From Gammaproteobacteria bacterium (GTDB taxonomy: Bacteria > Pseudomonadota > Gammaproteobacteria > Steroidobacterales > GCA-2729495): a stretch of 64,000 nt of DNA. The first letter of the stretch is position 1, and the number at the start of each line of letters is the position of its first letter. Below the pieces are notes generated by a model. The model was given only the letters and a program-made list of their open reading frames with translations. It did no database searches and was not told the DNA's origin. The translations under genes were made by a program, and so were the position numbers. Of the stretch, positions 9,049 through 17,070 are shown in pieces. The DNA lies in the NCBI GenBank assembly GCA_030746435.1, contig JASLMV010000015.1:124-64123 (forward strand), written 5' to 3'.

Positions 9049-10026
9049 ATGTCAGATTTAGTTCCCGAAGGTTACAAGGGTTTTACGCGGCGCCAAATGC
9101 TGGCCGGGGCCGGCGGAATAGCGGGCGCAGCCGCGCTGGCAGGGTGCGCACAGGAACAGGCAGACAAACCGCTCGCGGCGGGCCATGCGTCACTGGACCT
9201 CGACGATCCGGAAGGCAACCTCAAAGCTTTAATTAAACTGCAGGCCGATTTGTCCGGAGCTGACGCGATCGGCGGTTTCGGGGGCGAAGTCTGGGGCTGG
9301 GTGCCAGGTGAGGGTAATCGCTTGTTGTTCAAGAGTTATGGCATCGGCGCGAGCCATGTCGAACGTGTCGACAACGGCTGGCGGTTCTACCATCGCGAAG
9401 TCATGTACTACCTGGACCCCAAGACGGGCGAGATCGTGCACGACTGGCTGAACCCCTATACCGGAAGGCGTGTAGAAGTGCTGCATATCCTGAATGATCC
9501 GGTGCATCGCTTTTACGCAATCAGCGGTGGACCGTTTTCCGCACCGTGGCCCTATACCGTCATGGGCGACGACCTGGTGTTTCGTATCAGCGTGTTCGCG
9601 TTCCGGGATTCGGTGCTGCCACGCAAGGAATATCCGCTGCATTCACCCGATGACCATTACCAGGCATCGGAACTGTGGATGATGAACGGTCGCGTCAGCG
9701 AGGTGATGAACCCCGATATTACTTCGGCAAGTTGTGCAACGTCGTGGGCGAGGGTAGGGCAGTGGTTGCCGTTCATGGAGATGGGCAACCGGCACGGCGT
9801 CATGGTCTACCACAGCGATGCCTACAAGCTGCTTAATGGCCTGGACGATATTCCGCCTGCTATACGGGCCTATACAGAGAAGCATCATCCCAAGTATCTG
9901 GAATCGCCGAAGACATGGCAATCGCTCGCCGGCAACCAGAGCCAGATGACGGTCTCGAAAATAGAGATCGACGCTCGCTGGGATAGCGATGTACGCCCGG
10001 TCGGCAGCGTATTTGAAAAAAGCTGA
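9049..10026 (+). CDS. Tat-exported DUF1838-like protein (paralog of 23642..24526)
   Basis: Tat motif FTRRQMLAGAGG followed by LAGCA. Blocks YYLDPKTGEIVHDWLNPYTGRRVEV shared with the second copy. ATG at 9049 follows GGTGGGAGAA. The DUF1838 assignment is from memory. Confidence 0.5.
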   Translation: MSDLVPEGYKGFTRRQMLAGAGGIAGAAALAGCAQEQADKPLAAGHASLDLDDPEGNLKALIKLQADLSGADAIGGFGGEVWGWVPGEGNRLLFKSYGIGASHVERVDNGWRFYHREVMYYLDPKTGEIVHDWLNPYTGRRVEVLHILNDPVHRFYAISGGPFSAPWPYTVMGDDLVFRISVFAFRDSVLPRKEYPLHSPDDHYQASELWMMNGRVSEVMNPDITSASCATSWARVGQWLPFMEMGNRHGVMVYHSDAYKLLNGLDDIPPAIRAYTEKHHPKYLESPKTWQSLAGNQSQMTVSKIEIDARWDSDVRPVGSVFEKS

Positions 10027-10038
10027 GCTGAAAAAGCC

Positions 10039-10902
10039 TCAGCCAGCGATAGCTGCTTCTTCTTTCTCGGTGCTCTCCACGGCATTCTGTGCCGGTGGCA
10101 GGTTCAGGAGTTTACGTGCCTGGCCTCCCCAATCATTTTTCTTCATCCGGGCGGCACTGATTGACAGTGACTTGCCAACCGCTACCAGTTTGGCCAGGTC
10201 CATATCGGCCAGTTGCTGTAGTTTGTGTATCCCCAGTTCGGCAAGTTTTTTCTGCAGCACCGGACCGATTCCCCGCACCGCAAGTATTTCGTCTGACTGC
10301 AACTCGGGAGTGGCAGGTGCCAGGGCGGGGGCGGTCGGGGTTTTCTCACGCTGTTTCTCTTCGAGTACCCGCTGACGCATTTCGCGCACCTTGAGTTCCT
10401 CCCTGAGCTCGCCGATGATCATTTTCTGTTGCCGGAACTGTTTGGCAAGCGGTTTGATGCGTACGCGCCAGGATTGCAGCCGCTGCCGCATCTGGCTGGT
10501 TTTCTCGTTGGCCGTATTGACCTCGGCCTGCATTTTTTCCAGTTGTTTATCCTTGTTCGCCAGACCCTCGCGTAAAGCCTGCACCGTTTCCTTCAGTTTC
10601 GCGTGGTGTACCGTTGCGTTAACCGGGGTGTCTTCGAGTGGCGATATCCTGGCGGTCAGTTTTTCCCTCAGGTCCCGGACCACCTGGTCGCGTTCGGCAA
10701 GTGCTTCTTTCAGCAGTTGAATTTCGTTGCGGTCGGGTGCCAGATCTCCATGCGCCGGTGAGGCCTTTTGTACGCCGGTTTCAGATGGGCGGTTCGGGCG
10801 CAGGACAGACATGCGCTGGAACACGGCCTTGCCAAGCAGCCACCCGGCCAGGAAGGCAAGCGGAGCGGTCAAAAGTACTGTAGACAGGGTACTGCTGCCC
10901 AT
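10039..10902 (-). CDS. Membrane-anchored coiled-coil protein with C-terminal helix-hairpin-helix
   Basis: One N-terminal TM helix, about 170 aa of heptad-like charged sequence, and a C-terminal VRGIGPVLQKKLAELGIHKLQQLA HhH motif. Confidence 0.5.
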   Translation of the reverse strand: MGSSTLSTVLLTAPLAFLAGWLLGKAVFQRMSVLRPNRPSETGVQKASPAHGDLAPDRNEIQLLKEALAERDQVVRDLREKLTARISPLEDTPVNATVHHAKLKETVQALREGLANKDKQLEKMQAEVNTANEKTSQMRQRLQSWRVRIKPLAKQFRQQKMIIGELREELKVREMRQRVLEEKQREKTPTAPALAPATPELQSDEILAVRGIGPVLQKKLAELGIHKLQQLADMDLAKLVAVGKSLSISAARMKKNDWGGQARKLLNLPPAQNAVESTEKEEAAIAG

Positions 10903-11003
10903 TAGCGGAGTTCCCGAAAGCCCTGGTCAGTCTGAGAATAGGGGCTGGGCGCGGGCCCAACTATGAGCCAGGTCACGGTTCATGACCTTTGGTGGATTAC
11001 GCG

Positions 11004-12197
11004 TCAGGCAATAGCTTCGAGGTCGGGGGCATCTGTTCCGGGGCCCCCTGAATGGCGGGCACGGATGATCGGGTTGCGGCGGCTCGCGATTACCAGCTGC
11101 AACTCGTCCGTTTGCCCACCGTTTCCGGATGTGACCGCAATACGCGGGGTCAGCGGCCAGCAGTCGTCCTGTGAGCAGACCATGCCGATAGACCCGTCCA
11201 GCAGTTCAACCCAGGTTCCGGTCGGGTAAATACCCATGGCATGGATAAAATCCTGGAGGAGCGCATTGTCGAACTTGGAACCTCGCTGACCGTTAAGGTA
11301 CCGAAGCGCCGTATGTGCCGAGATCGCAGGTGCATACCGCCGGTCCTGCGTAATTGCGTCAAAGGTATCCGCGATTCCGGCAATGCGTGCGTACAGGGGA
11401 ATTTCGGTACCGCGTTGCTGCTGCGGATAGCCGGTACCATCGAAACGTTCGTGATGGTTACTGATCATATCTACAACATGCTCCGGAACTTCTTCCAGTA
11501 GTCGCATAATGTCCAGCCCGTGGCAAACATGCTTGCGCACCAATCCAAATTCATGGGGCGTAAGGTTCTCGGACTTGGCAAGGATTGTTATCGGCACTTC
11601 CAGTTTGCCAATGTCGAGCAGCAGTCCGCCGAGCGCCAGTTCAAGCAGTGCCGGGCGATCGAAACCAAGGTGGTGGCCAAACACGGCCGCAACGACGGCT
11701 GTGCCAATGGCACGGCGATAGAGATAGGCGGCCGAAGGTTCGGTCCTTAGGAGCCAGATGACGGCATCCGGACAACGTTGAATACTTTCTATCAACGGTA
11801 CAAGGGCAGTGTTCAGTGCCTCGAGGTCGGGCAACCGGCCGGTGCGCACATCGCGCATCATCTGGCGCACGGAGTCTGTCAGGGCGCCAAGGGCCGGCCG
11901 CGCCCACGGCAGTTCCTCGCCGACACTGTGGCGGTCGACGCGCGGCGCCAGTGCAGATACCGGAACAGCCTCGAAAGGCACCACGATATCCTGCGGCTCT
12001 TCGCTCTTGAGCGGATCTATATAGACGTAGGTGCAGAAACGCTGGATTTTCTCGATCTGTCGTAAGTCGCGCACGTAGAAACCACCCGGCGGAAACGGGG
12101 TATGGAGCCACAGACGATCGAGTGCCGCGACGTACATACCGGGTCGCAGACGATCTGCCTTCAAGGCAACCAGATGGTCTTCGCGTGCTTTGCCCAT
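11004..12197 (-). CDS. DUF3391 + HD-GYP domain protein, more degenerate paralog
   Basis: GMYVAALDRLWLHTPF; LLLDIGK; HHERFDGTGYPQQ; DTFDAIT. The first conserved His block reads RRAIGTA instead of xHSxxxx. Confidence 0.85.
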   Translation of the reverse strand: MGKAREDHLVALKADRLRPGMYVAALDRLWLHTPFPPGGFYVRDLRQIEKIQRFCTYVYIDPLKSEEPQDIVVPFEAVPVSALAPRVDRHSVGEELPWARPALGALTDSVRQMMRDVRTGRLPDLEALNTALVPLIESIQRCPDAVIWLLRTEPSAAYLYRRAIGTAVVAAVFGHHLGFDRPALLELALGGLLLDIGKLEVPITILAKSENLTPHEFGLVRKHVCHGLDIMRLLEEVPEHVVDMISNHHERFDGTGYPQQQRGTEIPLYARIAGIADTFDAITQDRRYAPAISAHTALRYLNGQRGSKFDNALLQDFIHAMGIYPTGTWVELLDGSIGMVCSQDDCWPLTPRIAVTSGNGGQTDELQLVIASRRNPIIRARHSGGPGTDAPDLEAIA

Positions 12198-12359
12198 AGG
12201 ACACTTCTTCTTATATTTGGATTACAGGCACAGCAAACTGTAGCAGCCGGCCCGCAGGCGAACTGTGACGCGGGTCACACGTGTCTGAGCAGTGGAGGTA
12301 TTAGGTTAAGTGACGGCGGGCTTCTGCGACTCGTGAAACAGTCGCGGAAGGCCAGTGCC

Positions 12360-12637
12360 GGAACTTATGTCGGCAAAGCATTGCTTTGTCGACTTCTAAA
12401 ACTAACAGCAGAAATGTCTGTCGGGCGGACTTGGTGGAAAGCCCGCGCGAAGCAGTCGCGGAAAGCCCGCGCGAAGCAGGGCTGGAAATCTAAACGTCGG
12501 AACTTATGTCGGGCAAGCGCTGCTTGCCCGACTTCTGCAATCAGTTACCGCAGTATCTGTCGGGCGGACTTGGCGGAAAGCCCGCGCGAAGCAGTCGCGG
12601 AAAGCCCGCGCGAAGCAGGGCTGGCAACCTGTCGTTA
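12360..12637. repeat. Tandem direct repeat, 2 x 139 bp, hairpin-rich (REP-like or structured RNA)
   Basis: Unit A is 12360-12498 and unit B is 12499-12637. Their 3' 68 nt differ at one position. Each unit has a 25-nt hairpin (12369-12393 / 12508-12532) plus two copies of GTCGCGGAAAGCCCGCGCGAAGCAG. A partial inverted copy forms a hairpin at 12318-12353. Confidence 0.85.
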
Positions 12638-12638
12638 C

Positions 12639-13256
12639 TTAGAAATTCCAGCGCGCGCCCAGTTGCCACTGATCGACCTGGTACTCCAGGTCGTCGTCAT
12701 CGACATCGGTAACTTCGTAGCTAAAGGTTGCCGCGAAAGCATCACTGAAATTCCAAACCAGCCCCAGGTCTGTTGACGTACCGCCCTCATAGTTGCCCAG
12801 CAGGTATCCGAGGCGGCCGTAAACTTCCAGCGAATCGGTGACGTTGCTGCGCAACCCTATCAACAGGACCGGGCCATCGAAATCGACTTTGCCGAAGCCC
12901 TCGAGTTCGGCTTCATCATCGCGGTATTGAAAGCTGAGATCGAAGGTGGTGTTTTCGCCGACCTCTTTAATCGTACCGATCGAAATCTCAAAAGTATCGA
13001 TCTCCAGGTCCGGGCCGCTGATATCTTCTTCAAGTCCCGTGACAGCGGCCTGCAACAAAATACTGTCACTTACGACCAGGCTTCCCTCGATATCATATCC
13101 ACCAATATCGATACGGCTATCCGGCAACTCTGTGCCTTCGACATCGCCTCCGCTTATGGCTATTTCGAGGTAGTTGTAATTGGGCAGTTCGGCCATGGCC
13201 GAACTTGAAAAGAGCGCTACGACGCCCGCGGTTACAGCGATTGATTTGGTATTCAT
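12639..13256 (-). CDS. Small outer-membrane beta-barrel protein
   Basis: Signal peptide MNTKSIAVTAGVVALFSSSAMA/E. Alternating-hydrophobicity strands. C-terminal ...GARWNF with terminal Phe. Confidence 0.7.
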   Translation of the reverse strand: MNTKSIAVTAGVVALFSSSAMAELPNYNYLEIAISGGDVEGTELPDSRIDIGGYDIEGSLVVSDSILLQAAVTGLEEDISGPDLEIDTFEISIGTIKEVGENTTFDLSFQYRDDEAELEGFGKVDFDGPVLLIGLRSNVTDSLEVYGRLGYLLGNYEGGTSTDLGLVWNFSDAFAATFSYEVTDVDDDDLEYQVDQWQLGARWNF

Positions 13257-13667
13257 CGAAAAAATCCCCCGGACAGCCTGTGAACATGGGCTGCGCTGGA
13301 TGCGCATACCTGTGGTCGATTATCGGGGCATGGCTGGCCGTAGGCAACACGGTGAAAGACTTTGCTGCTGACGCGTCCGGAGAGCGGGTTCGGCCTCACG
13401 TTGCGTTACGCTACAATGCTCCGGTCTGAGCCGCCAAGGCCTATGGTCTAAACCACGAATAGCATTTGCCCGGATACGGCTCCCTCAGCCTAACCCTGCC
13501 AAAGCGCAAGCCACTGCTTGTTACAATTGTGTCGTTTTTTGGCAACACTAAATATAAACGGCTGTAATACTAAGGCAAACAAGTCAAAAGTTTGGTTTTC
13601 AGGGGCCAAACTCTTGATAACTTGTAAAAAATTTATTTGAGTGATAAAAGCCACGCGAAGCCGTGAC

Positions 13668-13708
13668 GCCAACAAAAAAGCCTCGCTTTGCGAGGCTTTT
13701 TTGTTGGC
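13668..13708. terminator. Bidirectional rho-independent terminator
   Basis: Perfect palindrome GCCAACAAAAAAGCCTCGC-ttt-GCGAGGCTTTTTTGTTGGC, with an A-run and a T-run on either side. Lies 35 nt from the stop of the 13743..14651 gene. Confidence 0.75.
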
Positions 13709-13742
13709 AGCGGGCAAGCTACGAACTAGAAGCTGTTTTTAT

Positions 13743-14651
13743 TTAACCTGACGTGAATTCGATGACCCGGCGGGCCAGCTCCGCCGCGGCATCCTCCACG
13801 ATATAGAAGCTCGTGTCCTCGATTATTGCGTGTGGCTGGCCCGCCGCACCGGGTATGTGGTCGATGAGTTTTTGCGGTCCCATCGGACCCGCGCGGAAAC
13901 TATCCGCAAACAGCGTTAGTACCGGTTTATCGTAGCTAGCCAGCTTTTCCCAGGCAGCGAGGTTAGCGGCGCGTGCCGGACTGTCGAGGTCTATCGGCAG
14001 AATCATCGGGAAGCGCCTGGGCCCGGTCAGGTAAGACTGGTCCGGGTAAGGAGCGTCGTAGGCGGCGATAACTTCGGGCGGTAGTTTCTGGACCACACCA
14101 TCGTTGACCATGTCACCCTGCGGAAAGCGCGGCATAGCCAGCATTCGTTTGCGCCAGTCGCGAAACCAGGCATGACCCGAAGAAGGGTCGCCGGTGGGTA
14201 ACTGCGTATTCAGTAGCACGAGGCGGGCGAAATAATGGGGTTCCTCTACGGCCAGCCGCAGTCCGAAGAATCCGCCCCAGTCGAGCAGAAAACCGGTCGC
14301 ATCGCGGATGTCCATCTGGTCCAGGAAGGACTTGAGCCAGCCTATGTGCCGGTTAAAGCTATAGTCTTCTTCCTTGCGTAACTTGTCCGACCGGCCGAAG
14401 CCAATGTAATCGGGGGCCACGATCCGAAAGCCGGCCGCTGTCAGCTGCGGGATCATTTCCCGGTAGATATATACCCAGCTCCCCTGGGTCGGCATCAGCA
14501 ATATAACTGGCGCAGTGCTGTTGCCCTCGTCCAGGTAGTGCATACGCAAGGACCCGTAACGATCATCCGGGACTTCAAGGTAGTTAGGCCTGAAGTCATA
14601 ACCAGGCAGTTTCGCGAACCGTTCGTCAGGTGTTCGTAGCGCTTCGGTCAT
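13743..14651 (-). CDS. Haloalkane-dehalogenase (DhlA-type, HLD-I) homolog lacking catalytic His and the HGEP loop
   Basis: Collinear with DhlA as I recall it (RTPDERFAKLPGYDFRPNYL, HYLDEGN, APDYIGFGRSDK, LLDWGGFFGL). HGEPTW is replaced by PTQGSW and AGHFVQE by TSFYIVE. Confidence 0.8.
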   Translation of the reverse strand: MTEALRTPDERFAKLPGYDFRPNYLEVPDDRYGSLRMHYLDEGNSTAPVILLMPTQGSWVYIYREMIPQLTAAGFRIVAPDYIGFGRSDKLRKEEDYSFNRHIGWLKSFLDQMDIRDATGFLLDWGGFFGLRLAVEEPHYFARLVLLNTQLPTGDPSSGHAWFRDWRKRMLAMPRFPQGDMVNDGVVQKLPPEVIAAYDAPYPDQSYLTGPRRFPMILPIDLDSPARAANLAAWEKLASYDKPVLTLFADSFRAGPMGPQKLIDHIPGAAGQPHAIIEDTSFYIVEDAAAELARRVIEFTSG

Positions 14652-14757
14652 GGTCTCCCCCTGTTTTTATTTAGGACTGCGCAAGCTACCAACAACAGGC
14701 TACCGATTCCGGGTATCCGGGGTTTACGCGGGCATCGCAGCTGAGAAACCTGTCTGC

Positions 14758-15738
14758 CTAGTCCGGCGATGTTTCACTTTCGTTTGCAATGGCAACCTGT
14801 GCATCCAGCCATTCCCGGACATCGACAGCAATTTCCGCACCGGCCTCCTGTACAGCCATATGGCCGACACCCGGGTAACTAATGAACTTGATCGATGCCG
14901 CATTCTCCAGCAGATGCATAACCTCTTCCGCTTGTTCAAACTTGGCGGTGGTGTTGGCCTCACCCCACAACAGCAACACGGGTATATCCAGTTGCCTGTA
15001 AACCGATTCGATATCTCCCGAATCGTACTGGCGCAGGCGATCGAGTTGTGCTTCGCGTTGCCCGTCACGCATCCACAGTTCATACCAGCGGTCGATGAGT
15101 TCATCACTCAGTTCGCGCTTGGTTCCGAATCCCGATCTCAGCATGAATTCCGGTAATGCCTTCGGCATGATGTACTTCAGGATGTAGGCCGAATCCGGTA
15201 CGTTACCGCGCGCTTTTTGCTGCTTGCCCTCCAGCGAACCCGGGCTGAGCAGTATCATTCGTTTGACGCGGCCCGGGTTGCGGTGATCGTACAGGACTGA
15301 CACGGTGCCGCCGAGCGACGTTCCTGCCATCGTGAATTTATCGATTCCCATCGCATCGATAAACTTTTCCGTAATTTCCATCGTGCGTTCGAGCGTGTAA
15401 TCACCGGTTGGATCCGGACCGGTCAGGCCGTGGCTGGTCATGTCAAAGCGGACCACCCTGTAGGAATCTTTCAGCGCTTCTACCCACGGTGCCCAACCCA
15501 GCAGGCTTGCGAAATTTGCATGTACGAGGACGATAACGGGCGCCTCATGAGGCCCTTCGTCGCGATAATGTATGCGTACACCGGCGACGTTCATGAAACG
15601 GGATTCCTGGTTGCCGTATTTTGTCTCCAGCTCGGCTGCGGGTATGTCCCGGTAAATCCATGCGGCGATAAGGAAGCCAATCAGGGCAATGGCAGCCAGT
15701 CCACACAGCATCCATGCCACTACTCGCAGAAATTTCAT
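14758..15738 (-). CDS. Membrane-anchored alpha/beta-fold hydrolase
   Basis: N-terminal TM helix (VVAWMLCGLAAIALIGFLIAAWIY). Nucleophile elbow GTSLGG. C-terminal GVGHM. Confidence 0.8.
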   Translation of the reverse strand: MKFLRVVAWMLCGLAAIALIGFLIAAWIYRDIPAAELETKYGNQESRFMNVAGVRIHYRDEGPHEAPVIVLVHANFASLLGWAPWVEALKDSYRVVRFDMTSHGLTGPDPTGDYTLERTMEITEKFIDAMGIDKFTMAGTSLGGTVSVLYDHRNPGRVKRMILLSPGSLEGKQQKARGNVPDSAYILKYIMPKALPEFMLRSGFGTKRELSDELIDRWYELWMRDGQREAQLDRLRQYDSGDIESVYRQLDIPVLLLWGEANTTAKFEQAEEVMHLLENAASIKFISYPGVGHMAVQEAGAEIAVDVREWLDAQVAIANESETSPD

Positions 15739-15869
15739 GCCGGTGCTCTCCTTAATAGTAGGGGTGGGCTATTTCGCCGGTTGCGGCAGCTCTTCTTGAT
15801 TCCCGGGCGCCAGGTCAGCCCGGATAATAGCGCGTCTGCTGTTAATGTGGCTATCGTTACCAGTGAAGG

Positions 15870-15899
15870 TTGACTATTTGAAGATCGCAAGCCTATATA
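15870..15899 (+). promoter_or_regulatory. Candidate sigma70 promoter for the ABC/CbiX-like operon
   Basis: TTGACT (15870-15875), an 18-nt spacer, then TATATA (15894-15899). Lies 25 nt upstream of the ATG at 15925. Confidence 0.3.
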
Positions 15900-15924
15900 G
15901 GATAAAGCCGGATAAATTTAAATA

Positions 15925-17070
15925 ATGTTTATAGCACTGCGCGATCTCAAGTTTGCCAAGGGCCGATTTCTGCTGATGGGCCTGGTGGTCGCGCTTGTCG
16001 CATTCCTTATGACATTTCTTAGCGGAGTCGCTGCCGGTCTGATCAGGAATAATATTTCCGGATTGATACAGCTGGATGTCACGCATCTTTCCTTCGAATA
16101 CAACAACAACAAGCCCAGCTACCGGAACAGCATGATCGAGCGCGAAATGTGGGAAGGTTGGCAGGCATTGCCGGGCGTGCTGAGCGCCGAGCCGATGGGC
16201 CATACGATGTTTGGTGCCCGGCAGATGAATGATGCGCCCCTCGACGACGTTGTCCTGTGGGGTATACAGCCCGGCTCCTTTCTGGAGCCGGAGGTTCTGG
16301 AGGGCGAGGCGCTGGGTAGACTGGAAAATGGCGTGATTATTTCAGAGCTCCTCGTCGATCGTGGCCTGAAATTGGGTGATAAATTTATTCTGGACCGCGT
16401 GCTTACCGAACTTGAAGTCGTAGGCATTGTCGGCGAGCACACTATCGGCCATGTCCCGATCGTTTATACGCCTATACGCAAGTGGCAGGAGGCCACTTAC
16501 GGTCCGCCCGGCGGCCCCCCGCCCGGCGAGGTTTTGCCCGATATCCTGTATGACTTTGCAACCATCATTGCGTTGCAGGTATCGCAGGATTTCAATCAGA
16601 ACAGGATGGAAAACGCGGATATGGAACTGGGCACACTAACCATCGACAAGGTCGATGCTTATGAGGCCTCCAGCGGCTATATCGAGGAAGTGCGTACCGT
16701 GCAGATGATCCAGGCTTTCCTGACCGTTATTTCCGCCGTCGTTATCGGCGCATTTTTTACCGTCTGGACTATCCAGCGCACCAAGGAAATCGGCCTTATC
16801 AAGGCGTTGGGCGGTTCGAGCGCCTATCTGCTCAGGGATGCCCTGTCCCAGGTGATTATCCTGATGGTGATGGGAACCGTGGTTGGAACATCGATAGCAA
16901 TCTGGTTGGGTGGCGGTATCGAAACAACCGGTGGCTTTTTCGTGCTGGACCGGGATACCGTCATCGCTTCCAGTATCCTGCTGATTGTTGCTGGCCTGAT
17001 CGGCAGCGCGCTGTCGATCAGGCTGATTACGCGTGTTGATCCGATTATTGCGCTTGGTCGCGAACAATGA
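15925..17070 (+). CDS. FtsX/MacB-type (type VII) ABC permease, HrtB-like
   Basis: One TM helix, an about 200-aa periplasmic domain, then three TM helices. N-terminal ...FLSGVAAGLIRNNIS and C-terminal ...RVDPIIALGREQ resemble HrtB as I recall it. The stop overlaps the ATPase start (ATGA). Confidence 0.7.
   Translation: MFIALRDLKFAKGRFLLMGLVVALVAFLMTFLSGVAAGLIRNNISGLIQLDVTHLSFEYNNNKPSYRNSMIEREMWEGWQALPGVLSAEPMGHTMFGARQMNDAPLDDVVLWGIQPGSFLEPEVLEGEALGRLENGVIISELLVDRGLKLGDKFILDRVLTELEVVGIVGEHTIGHVPIVYTPIRKWQEATYGPPGGPPPGEVLPDILYDFATIIALQVSQDFNQNRMENADMELGTLTIDKVDAYEASSGYIEEVRTVQMIQAFLTVISAVVIGAFFTVWTIQRTKEIGLIKALGGSSAYLLRDALSQVIILMVMGTVVGTSIAIWLGGGIETTGGFFVLDRDTVIASSILLIVAGLIGSALSIRLITRVDPIIALGREQ

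Noticed and set aside
12360-12637. CRISPR array hypothesis for the tandem repeats here and at 21826-21926.
   Set aside because: There are only 2-3 units with no unique spacers of CRISPR size between short repeats. Units are 139 bp or 39 bp terminator-like hairpins, and there are no cas genes in the window.
12102-12776. 224-aa plus-strand ORF spanning the HD-GYP start, the 2 x 139-bp repeat and the OMP 3' end. It contains repeated peptide segments (ESPREAVAESPREAG).
   Set aside because: The internal peptide repeat only mirrors the DNA tandem repeat. The ORF overlaps two well-supported minus-strand genes and has no recognisable domain or RBS.
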